From: Nemertoderma westbladi
Lineage: Eukaryota > Animalia > Xenacoelomorpha
Assembly: GCA_032718475.1 (NCBI GenBank)
Contig: JAUCBJ010001095.1
Coordinates: 1 to 64,000, forward strand
Reading direction: 5' to 3'
DNA: 64,000 bases
Position 1 is the first letter of the stretch. Every line of letters starts with the position of its first letter. A program made the translations under genes and the position numbers. Positions 34,976 through 46,300 of the stretch are shown here, in pieces. The notes beneath the pieces were generated by a model. That model did no database searches. It saw nothing but the letters and a program-made list of their open reading frames with translations, and was not told the DNA's origin.

Positions 34976-35994
34976 ATAGGGAAATCATCAAAGTTTGAAA
35001 AAAAAGTATACCGGTAAGTGGTTCGCCACGGGCAGACGCAGAGACGGGCATAGGGGAATCAGGAATCGATCAAAAAATTTCTTACCACTGTGCCTTAAAT
35101 ATGCAAATGTGCTATTACCCCGAGTTTATGTTGAGCACTGAAAAGTAATCTGTCTGACTGTGACTGTAACATGACTGACTCTGACTGTGTGTAAAGGCAG
35201 AAAGGCCTTATGCTGCTACCGGTATGCCCTTGCCCTAACAATAAAACCAATATAATTCTGCAATTGTATAGGCCTACCGCGCATGTAGGCCAGTAGGCCT
35301 ACTGATGTATCCAATCCATGTACAGATGTATGGCACTTCGACACAAGTGCAAGTCACTTCGACACAGAAATTGCAGAATTGTGTAATGAACGACAGGTCA
35401 CTCTACAGCTCTAACAGTCTAAAGTGTACCGGTAACCAGGCACCAGGTGACGTGTAGAAGTAAGCCAAAAGCAATTTCGCTACAGATTTTTAGTCATTTC
35501 GTCACAACTTAAAAGCACAATTAAAAGCATCTGCATCTGAGCATTGCACATTCAGACATTGTTCTGTCTGTGGTCTGTCTGTTGTTCATGTTCTGCTCAT
35601 GTTGTCAATTTACATGCAGACATGCCATGCTCATGGCAGCATGGTCTGTGATATGATTATCATACCAGACTATGATGTTTAATACCAGTTCCAGTTGCCA
35701 GTTACCTACCGTACTACTGTACTACCGGTACTACACTCTGACACTGCTGCACTGCAAGTTATAACGTTTAGTAGGCCTACCAGCCTACTGTCTGACTGTG
35801 GACTGTACCAGGTCTAACGCAGTACGCAGTAAACATGTAATGCATTGTTGCCCAGCTACGTATTTGGATAAACAAAATATTCCAGATTATGATGCATTTA
35901 TTAAATAGAATATAATAGCCTCGCGCAGGTGCAAAACCATGCCTGCATGGGTGCATGCAACATTTGAACGCCCGTAACTCAGGGTAAATCTTTT

Positions 35995-36210
35995 CGACCT
36001 ACGCGTAGGCCTACGCGTATAGCTATACGCGTATTTCGCAACATTGGGTCATATCACCAGTTTCAGAGTTTTAACATTAACTACGCGTAGGTGCTACGCG
36101 TAGGTCCTATACGCGACCTACGCGTAAGTGCTACGTACTGTATAACTACGCGTAGGTGCTACCCATAACTATGCCTATACGACGTTTATCATTAGTAGGC
36201 CTACACGTAT
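35995..36210. repeat. Cluster of palindromic CTACGCGTAG repeats
   Basis: About 8 exact or near copies of TACGCGTA; probably the subterminal array of a decayed DNA transposon. Confidence 0.7.
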
Positions 36211-37091
36211 TCCAAGCGGTTCAGTACTAAAATAAGACAATACTGTATGTTCAACAAACAACCCACAGCAATCAAATGCTTTCAACAGTAATTTATCCTA
36301 TACCTGTATACTCCTATAGTCTATATAGAGGCATACGCTAAGGCTACATATTCTTCTCTTCATGCGTTACGGGCGCTAAAATGTGTTAATAATTTAACAC
36401 TATTTATTCTCCGCTGTAGCAGGAGAATTTGCCCCCTGTGGTGTCTCCACGGGCATAATCTCCTAGGAGATTATGTCCACCCGGTCTCACTCCTAGGATA
36501 TCCCCCCCCCCCCCCCTCCGCCCCCCAGACATAATCTCTTTAGTAGAATTTACGCCTCCCCTAAGGATCCCCCCCCCCCCCCCCCCCCATTTTCCAGCAC
36601 ACTACTCTGCCAGCGGACTATTCCAGTATTCGCCTATTGCAGTATTCTAGTATTGCAGTATTGGCTATGGCTATGCTCTTTGGAGTGATTCCATTCAAAT
36701 TCGACAAATCTCGGTGGCACTCATTTTTTTAAAATGATTCGATCTTTACCAATTTTATTATTATGTTAAGTTATTGTTTAGCTATTATTAAGTTATGTTG
36801 AAAATTTCAACAAATTTGGTTCATTAGAACCGAAGTTATGGCCATTTTAAATTTCGTGTTTAATAAAATTCAATATTTTCAAAAATAAAACTTAATGTAA
36901 CTTTGGTGTACATAGTCCCCAGGATTTCAAACACATATCAAATTATAATATATGAGTGTTACTGTTTGCTACTGAAAGCCCGAAGAACAACAATTTTTAA
37001 AACCAACTTTATTTTTTACTTTAATTTGGTCATATTTTATATTTTCCAATAATATACCCCAATTTAATAGTTAATTTTATTCACTTCAGAA

Positions 37092-38415
37092 TTAAAGACG
37101 GCGTCGAGACGCCGTGAAGGAACCGAAGTTAAACCAAACCGAAACAAATATTTTTACAGGCCATAAGCCGCTAACTATTTTTTTCAGGATATCATCTAAC
37201 TCTAAACCAGTTTCGAATCTGAGCGCCTGGTTACAAATCTGTATTTCCGCATTACGAATCAATGTGTTTGGTTAAAAATATGAGCACCTTGTCACGAATT
37301 GATGTCCCTGGTTACAATTTGTTACAAATGGTTGCAAATATGAGCACCCAGTATCAGTCAGCACTACCTATACTAATACTGTAATTTGCACGTATGTTCA
37401 GCATTTATAATAAAAAATTGCACCAAGGTAGTGAACAAAGGAGACAGGGGTGGAAGTGGACGCAAAACCCACCTTGGCGAATTAATATCCCGCCTCAATG
37501 TTAAATTCTCAATTTAGGGAAAAGAATCTCATATCTCATAATCTGTTCCTAATAGTATAGTTTACCAAAAGTACCCTACAGTTAGGTTCATATATGGCGA
37601 GTCAGAACTGCGAATAACCAGCGAACTTAGGTGTAGGTTTCAGTGTATGTGTGTGTCGGAAGCCAATATCAGAATATATAACTAGTCATAGTATAATTAT
37701 AATTGTTCGCTGAGAGAGTTAGGCCTCACTCGTGTACACTACTCTATAACTAAAAAGTCATTCAGGTGGCCAGCTTTCCCCACTCTGTATTCCCTCTGGT
37801 TTGACAGATTAATATAATTAATGTTTGCCAAGCAAGTCATTAACTCACCTCCCTCTCGGATTTTTAAATACATCAATTATTATTTTATTATTAGCTGAGT
37901 ATAGTACCATTAACGGTAACCAGCACTATGTGTGTAACTAAAATTCATTCCGCTGACCCACAACCCACCACCACCTTGTAGATATTCCCTTAGGAAGCAC
38001 GGGGAAGAGTTATTCAGCTGATGGATGATAATAGTATATTAAAAACTAACCAAAATGTTTGCTTATAGTCTGGGTTGAAAGAGTGAGTGATTAAATAAAA
38101 ACTTGGCACAGAAAGTACATCCTTGTTAGTTGGCCCTTTCTCTATTGAATAGAATCACTAGGCCCTCTATACATTTTTCATGCGCTCCAGCTGGTGTTTT
38201 ATCATTGCGCCTATGGCGTTTTTTCGTTTATGACTATTTTTCGAGCCCACATTCTATGGACAGACATGGGACCAGCGGGAAACGATAGTGGTCATCAAAA
38301 CATTGCGTTATGCAAAATTTTAACAAAATCGTTAGAGCCGTTTTTATGTTATTTCGCTTCAAAATATTACTACTATTACATCAAATTCTTACAGAAAGTA
38401 ACCTTCGGTTCCTAA
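37092..38415 (-). mobile_element. Unit C (diverged; B-type hairpin with A-type subTIR)
   Basis: ACGGCGTC-GA-GACGCCGT then AGGAACCGAAG at the left end; CTTCGGTTCCTAA at the right end. Confidence 0.75.
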
Positions 38416-39889
38416 CTAGTGACGGGCCTAGCGGCCCGATAAGGAACCGACTTTTTATTTTAAATAAAAGAGACAACGAGAATTAGTATAGAACTAATAA
38501 TTATGTAAAAATACAATCATATTTCATACAATAATTATTAATAAATTCGATCTATTATTAGTTGCTCAATTCTAGAACAAAATCGACCTGCAACTAGTGA
38601 AGACCTCGTTTTGGAATTTCGAAACCACGCTGGTGCGATGCGCGATATCGTGTTTAGTTAATAAATTGAAAACTCCATCAATTCATGTGCAACCAGTAAT
38701 AAGAAATCGCGATAAATGTAATTAAATAAAAATTATTCTAGAAAAATTTTCCTCAAAAAGTATGAAGTCTTGGCATTGGTGACGCGAAACTAAGCTAGTG
38801 AGATTCAGGATATTGCGTTTAATATAAAAATCGAAAACGCTATCGAATTCCGTAAAGGCGTTAATAAAATACTGCAACTTTTTTGAAATTTGTAAAATTC
38901 TAGAACTAGAAAAAATTAATTTTTGAACGGCGCTGTTTGGGGTTTCGAAACATGGATAGGCTGAAAGAGGACATCGAATTAAGTTGAAAAATGAAAACCC
39001 CATCGAATTTGGACAAAGCGTTCCGGAGTTATAGCGGATCGAAAAAAATTGACCCCCCCCCAGTCGCCAAAAATTTACAGTAATTTAAAATTTTGCAAAA
39101 AAATTTTTTTGCGTTATTTTTGATGGCGAATCGATTGGCAGTACTGGCTACGAAAAAATTTTTTTGAAATTTTTGGTCAGAAAAAAAAACATGGAAAAAG
39201 TATCTTTTTAAAAAGATTTGATGTCTTTGCCTATGGTCAGAGAATGATCCAACTCTGTAACTTGGCAATCGCTCAAATCCATTCAGCTGAATGGCACAGT
39301 AGAGTAAACTAAAGTAAATTCCCTATACAATGTTCTGAAGGGGAGCTACTGACAGAGAGTAATCCAACAATAAAACATTTTGCAATAATGTTGGCATTAA
39401 TGTAGCCAACACACTGTGTACTTAAGTCATTCAGCTTACATTAGCAGAGTGAGATATTCGCATAGAATGCATTGGGAAGAGTAATTCAGCTGAGGCGATA
39501 AACTAAACCAACCAGTTAATATTTGCTTTGACAGAGTGTCCTAGGGCCTAAACAAACAGTATGGGTGTACTGAGTATAATAATCTTGGCAACCTCATCGA
39601 TTTATTACTAAGCCTTCTGTAGAAATGCATTACATAAGCCATTTTTCATGAGGACACCAGCTGTCATTGGTGTTATTTTACCATTGCGCCTATGGCGTTT
39701 TTTCGTTTATGTCTATTTTTCGAGCCCACGGCTCATGGACGAAATAGCGGAACATATCAGGGACCTTAGAATCGCGGTATCTAGCCGCTGTGAAAATTTC
39801 ATCAAAATCGTTAGAGTAGTTTTGGTTGTAGATCAGCCAGCCAGTCAGTCACGAGCAATTCTTACAGTAATGAACCTCTCGGTTCCTAA
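38416..39889 (-). mobile_element. Family A unit (representative, 1474 bp)
   Basis: CTAGTGA-CGGGCC-TAGC-GGCCCG-ATAAGGAACCGA ... GAACCTCTCGGTTCCTAA. Other A units: 40824-43968 (split), 45077-47726, 47727-49216, 49217-50864, 50865-53514, 53515-55004, 55005-56493, 57601-59102, 59103-60825 and 60826-62092 (truncated). Confidence 0.85.
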
Positions 39890-40823
39890 CTAGTGACGGC
39901 GTCAAGACGCCGTTAAGCAAGTCGGAAGTCGTCAATCAAAGGTAAGTTCCCTCAACAATGTTTACCTTTGTTCAGAAGGGAAGTGTTATTTATCTATGGT
40001 CAGAGAGAGATCCCACTCTGTAATTTGGCAATTGCTCAAATCCATTCAGCTGAATGACTCAGTAGAGTAAACTAAAGTAAATTCCCTCAGCCTCAACAAT
40101 GTTTGCCTATGGTGTGAAGGGAATCTGACAGAGAATAATCTTAGCCACTAAATGTCATTCACCTAACAAAACATTTTGAATGCCACAATGATTAACCCAA
40201 TACAGATAATAAGCAGTTATTTTTATATTTCAAACTATAATGTTAGTGTAAGCCTTACAGAGTATCAGTATGAGGCTGAGTAAACATTCCGCCTTATAAG
40301 CATAAAGCCTCCACAGTATTAATGTTGGCCAAAAGATTTAAAAATAAAATACAGTGCAATAGTACTCTGTAACCTACAGTCATTCAGCTTGCACTAAATC
40401 AACCAGACAAACTAAATCAACCAGTTAATATTTGCTTTGACAGAGAGTGCAGGGCCTAAACAAACAGTATGGGTGTACTAAGTACAATAATCTTGGCAAC
40501 CTCATCGATTTATACTAAGCCATGTGTAGAAATGCATTACATAAGCCATTTTTCATCAGGACACCAGCTGTCATTGGTGTTATTTTACCATTGCGCCTAT
40601 GGCGTTTTTTCGTTTATCTCTATTTTTCGAGCCCAGAGGCTATGGACGGAGTAGCCGATCATACCAGGGACCTTAGAATCGTGGTATCTAGTCGCTGTGA
40701 AAATTTCATCAAATTCGTTAGAGCAGTTTTGGCTGTAGATCAGTCAGTCAGCCAGCCAGTCAGCCAGCCAGTCAGCCAGTCAGTCAACAATTCTTACAGT
40801 AATCAAGTCTAACGACTTGCTAA
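39890..40823 (-). mobile_element. Family B unit (representative, 934 bp)
   Basis: CTAGTG-ACGGCGTC-AA-GACGCCGT-TAAGCAAGTCG ... CAAGTCTAACGACTTGCTAA. Other B units: 40966-42463, 43969-45076, 56494-57600, and one inverted from 62093. Confidence 0.85.
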
Positions 40824-40965
40824 CTAGTGACGGGCCTAGCGGCCCGATAAGGAACCGACTTTTTATTTTAATTAAAAGAGACAACGAGAATTAGTATAGA
40901 ACTAATAATTATGTAAAAATACAATCATATTTCATACAATAATTATTAATAAATTTGATCTATTA

Positions 40966-42463
40966 CTAGAGACGGCGTCAAGACGCCGTTAAGCAAGTCG
41001 GAAGTCGTCAATCAAAGGTAAGTTCCCTCAACAATGTTTACCTTTGTTCAGAAGGGAAGTGTTATTTATCTATGGTCAGAGAGAGATCCCACTCTGTAAT
41101 TTGGCAATTGCTCAAATCCATTCAGCTGAATGACTCAGTAGAGTAAACTAAAGTAAATTCCCTCAGCCTCAACAATGTTTGCCTATGGTGTGAAGGGAAT
41201 CTGACAGAGAATAATCTTAGCCACTAAATGTCATTCACCTAACAAAGCATTTTGAATGCCACAGTGATTAACCCAATACAGATAATAAGCAGTTATTTTT
41301 ATATTTCAAACTATAATGTTAGTGTAAGCCTTACAGAGTATCAGTATGAGGCTGAGTAAACATTCCGCCTTATAAGCATACAGCCTCCACAGTATTAATG
41401 TTGGCCAAAAGATTTAAAAATAAAATACAGTGCAATAGTACTCTGTAACCTACAGTCATTCAGCTTGCACTAAATATCAATCACCTATAAAACATTTAAA
41501 CATTTTGAATGCCACAGTGTGTAACCTGATACAGATAATAAGCAGTGATTTTTATGTTTTAAACTATAACGTTAGTGTTAGCCTTACAGTGTATCAGTAT
41601 GAAGCTGAGTAAACATTCGCCTTATAAGCATACAACCTCCAAAGTATTAATGTTGGCCGAAAGATTTAAAAATAAAATACAGTGCAGTAGTACTCTGTAA
41701 CTAACAGTCATTCAGCTTGCACTACATGTCAATCACCTATAAAACATTTTGAATGCCACAGTGATTATTAACCCAATACAGATAATAAGAAGTGATTTTT
41801 ATATTTCAAACTATAATGTTAGTCTTAGCCTTACAGAGTATCAGTATAAGGCTGAGTAAACATTCCACCTTATAAGCATACAGCCTCCACAGTATTAATG
41901 TTGGCATAATGTAGCCGATACACTGTATACCTAATAGTCATTCAGCAGGGGGAAGAGTTATTCAGCTGAGGCGGTAATAGATTGCAAACTAAACCAACCA
42001 GTTGGCAGCCTCATCGATTTATACTAAGCCTGTGTAGAACCACAAACTAAATCAACCAGTTAATATTTGCTTTGACAGAGAGTGCAGGGCCTAAACAAAT
42101 AGTATGGGTGTACTAAGTACAATAATCTTGGCAACCTCATCGATTTATACTAAGCCTTGTGTAGAAATGCATTACATAAGCCATTTTTCATCACGGCACC
42201 AGCTGTCATTGGTGTTATTTTACCATTGCGCCAATGGCGTTTTTTCGTTTATGTCTATTTTTCGAGCCCACGGCTCATGGACGAAATAGCGGAACATACA
42301 TGAGACCTTAGAATCGCGGTATCCAGCCGCTGTGAAAATTTCATCAAAATCGTTGAGAGTAGTTTTGGCTGTAGATCAGCCAGCCAGTCAGCCAGCCAGT
42401 CAGCCAGCCAGCCAGTCAATCAGCTAACAATTCTTACAGTAATCAAGTCTAACGACTTGCTAA
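40966..42463 (-). mobile_element. Family B unit nested inside an A unit
   Basis: The A sequence TCTATTA|TTAGTTGCTC is split exactly by CTAG...GCTAA without a TSD. Confidence 0.9.
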
Positions 42464-45139
42464 TTAGTTGCTCAATTCTAGAACAAAATCGACCTGCAAC
42501 TAGTGAAGACCTCGTTTTGGAATTTCGAAACCACGCTGGTGCGATGCGCGATATCGTGTTCGGTTAATAAATTGAAAACTCCATCAGTTCATCTGCAACC
42601 AGTAATAAGAAATCGCGATAAATGTAATTAAATAAAAATTAATCTAGAAAAATTTTCCTCAAAAAGTATGAAGTCTTGGCATTGGTGACGCGAAACTAGG
42701 CTATTGAGATTCAGGATATTGCGTTTAATATAAAAATCGAAAACGCTATCGAATTCCGTAAAGGCGTTAATAAAATACTGCAACTTTTTTGAAATTTGTA
42801 AAATTCTAGAACTAGAAAAAATTAATTTTTGAACGGCGCTGTTTGGGGTTTCGAAACATGGATAGGCTGAAAGAGGACATCGAATTAAGTTGAAAAATGA
42901 AAACCCCATCGAATTTGGACAAAGCGTTCCGGAGTTATAGCGGATCGAAAAAAATTGACCCCCCCCCCAGTCGCCAAAAATTTACAGTAATTTAAAATTT
43001 TGCAAAAAAAATTTTTTGCGTTATTTTTGATGGCGAATCGATTGGCAGTACTGGCTACAAAAATTTTTTTTTTGAAATTTTAGGTCAGAAAAAAAAACAT
43101 GGAAAAAGTATATTTTTAAAAAGATTTCATGTCTTTGCATATGGTCAGAGAATGATCCAACTCTGTAACTTGGCAATCGCTCAAATCCATTCAGCTGAAT
43201 GGCACAGTAGAGTAAACTAAAGTAAATTCCCAATACAATGTTCTGAAGGGGAGACTGACAGAGAGTAATCCAACCATAAAACACTTTGCAATAATGTTGG
43301 CATTAATGTAGCCAAGAAGTGATTTTTATATTTCAAACTATAATGTTAGTCTTAGCCTTACAGAGTATCAGTATAAGGCTGAGTAAACATTCCACCTTAT
43401 AAGCATACAGCCTCCACAGTATTAATGTTGGCATTAATGTAGCCGATACACTGTATACCTAATAGTCATTCAGCAGGGGGAAGAGTTATTCAGCTGAGGC
43501 GGTAATAGATTGCAAACTAAACCAACCAGTTGGCAGCCTCATCGATTTATACTAAGCCTGTGTAGAACCACAAACTAAATCAACCAGTTAATATTTGCTT
43601 TGACAGAGAGTGCAGGGCCTAAACAAACAGTATGGGTGTACTAAGTACAATAATCTTGGCAACCTCATCGATTTATACTAAGCCTTGTGTAGAAATCCAT
43701 TACATAAGCCATTTTTCATCACGACACCAGCTGTTATTGGTGTTATTTTACCATTGCGCCTATGGCGTTTTTTCGTTTATGTCTATTTTTCGAGCCCACG
43801 GCTCATGGACGAAATAGCGGAACATACCAGGGACCTTAGAATCGCGGTATCCAGCCGCTGTGAAAATTTCATCAAAATCGTTAGAGTAGTTTTGGCTATA
43901 GATTAACCAGCCAGCCAGCCAGCCAGTCAGCTAACAATTCTTACAGTAATGAACCTCTCGGTTCCTAACTAGAGACGGCGTCAAGACGCCGTTAAGCAAG
44001 TCGGAAGTCATCAATCAAATATAAATTCCCTCAACAATGTTTACCTATGGTCAGAATGGAAGGGCTATTTACCTATGGTCAGAGAGAGATCCCACTCTGT
44101 AATTTGGCAATTGCTCAAATTCATTCAGTTGAATGGCACAGTAGAGTGAACTAAACTAAATTCCCTCAACAATGTTTGGCTATGGTCTGAAAGAACTAAC
44201 AGTCATTCAGCTTGCACAATGTCAATCACCTACAGTATAAAACATTTAGAATGCCACAGTGTGTATCCTGATACAGATAATAAGCAGTGATATATATATT
44301 TCAAACTATAATGTTAGTGTTAGCCTTACACAGTATCAGTATGAGGCTGAGTAAACATTCCACCTTATAAGCATACTGCCTCCACAGAATTAATGTTGGC
44401 CGAAAGATTTAAAAATAAAACAATTATTATTATAAATACAGTGCAATCCAATAGTGCCCAACACACTGTGTAACTAACAGTCAATCAGCTTACACGTCAA
44501 TTAACATAGAAGAGAGAGTAACCTTGTAGATCGCCATAGAAAGCATTGGGAAGAGTTATTCAGCTGAGGCTGTAATAGCCGGCTAACCCAGTGAATGATT
44601 ATAAAGTTGGCACTGTATGTACTTCCTTGTTAGGTGGCTCCCTATAGAATAGCAAACCAACCAGTTGATGTTTGTTTGCACAGAGTGGTTGGTAGGGCCT
44701 AAACAAACAGTATGGGTGTACTAAGTATAATACTCTTGGCAACCTCATCTATTTAATACTAAGCCTTGTGTAGAATTGCATTACATAAGTCATTTTTCAT
44801 CAGGACACCAGCTGTCATGGGTGTTATTTTACCATTGCGCCTATGGCGTTTTTTTCGTTTATCTCTATTTTTCGAGCCCAGAGGCTATGGACGGAGTAGC
44901 CGATCATGCCAGGGACCTTAGAATCGCGGTATCTAGATGCTGTGAAAATTTCATCAAAATCGTTAGAGTAGTTTTGGCTGTAGATCAGCCAGCCAGCCAG
45001 CCAGCCAGTCAGCCAGCCAGCCAGCCAGTCAGTCAGTCAACAATTCTTACAGTAATCAAGTCTAACGACTTGCTAACTAGTGACGGGCCTAGCGGCCCGA
45101 TAAGGAACCGACTTTTTATTTCAAATAAAAGAGACAACG

Positions 45140-46300
45140 AGCTCGGCTCGGTCTGGCATGATTGGGCTCGATTCAGTTCGACTTGGCTTGATGGGCTCGG
45201 TTTGGCTCGATTGGGCTCGACTCAGCTTGATTGGGCTCGACTCGACTCAGCTCGATTCGTCTCAATCGGCTTGATTGGGTTCGACTCGGTTCGGTCTGGC
45301 TCGACTTGGCTCAATTGGGCTCGACTCGGCTCGATTGGTCTCGACTCAGCTCGATTGGGCTTGATTGGTCTTGATTCGGCTCGATTTGGCTCAACTTGGC
45401 TCAGTCTAGCTCGACTGGGCTCGGTCCGGCTCAATTGGGCGCGACTAGGCTTGATTGGGCTCGACTCGGCTCTATTGGGCTCGACTCGATTCGATTAGGC
45501 TCAACTCGGCTCCGTCCGGCTCGACTCGGCTTGATTGGTCTCGACTCGACTCAGTCCGGCTCAATTTGGCGTGACATGGCTCGATTGGGTTCGGCTCGGC
45601 TCGATCTGAGTCGACTCAGCTCGATTCGGCTCAATCGGCTCGATTGGGTTTGACTCGGCTCGGTTCAGCTCGACTCGGCTCAATCCACTCGACTCGGCTC
45701 GGTTTGGATTGATTTGGGCTTGACTCGGCTTGATTTGGCTCAACTTGGCACAGTATGGCTCGATTGGGCTCGACTTGGCTCGGTCCGGCTCAATTGGGCT
45801 CGACTAGGATTGATTGGGTTCGACTCGGCTCTATTGGGCTCGACTCAACTCGATTGGGCTTGTCTCGGCTCAGTTTGGATCGCTCGGCTTGATTGGGCTC
45901 AACTCGGTTCCATTCGGCTAACTCGGCTCGATTGGCTCGTCTCGGCTTGATCGCCTCGATTGGTTCTATTCGGCTCGATCGGTATGATTCTGCTCGATTG
46001 ACACACGCTGCTGGAAGGGTCAAAGCCAAACCCACGTGCTGCTCGAAGGGACGAAGTCAAACAGTGTGTCTATTATTTGATGTAACTCACGTGCTGCTCG
46101 AAGGACGCAACATCATATATCAAGGGTCAAAGCAAAACTCACGTGCTGCTCGAAGGGACAAAGTCAAACAGTGTGTCTATTATTTGATGTAACTCACGTG
46201 CTGCTCGATGGGTCAAAGCCAAACTCACGTGCTGCTCGAAGGGACAAAGTCAAACATTGTGTCTAATATTTGATTAACTCACTTGCTGCTCGAAGGGCGA
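45140..46300. repeat. Pentamer satellite (GGCTC/GACTC/GATTG) followed by ACTCACGTGCTGCTCGAAGGG repeats
   Basis: About 860 bp of 5-bp periodic sequence inside an A unit. Confidence 0.92.

Noticed and set aside
40525-40570. CTGATGA on the minus strand of the array core
   Set aside because: No GAAA or stem III, and the motif is not conserved across units.
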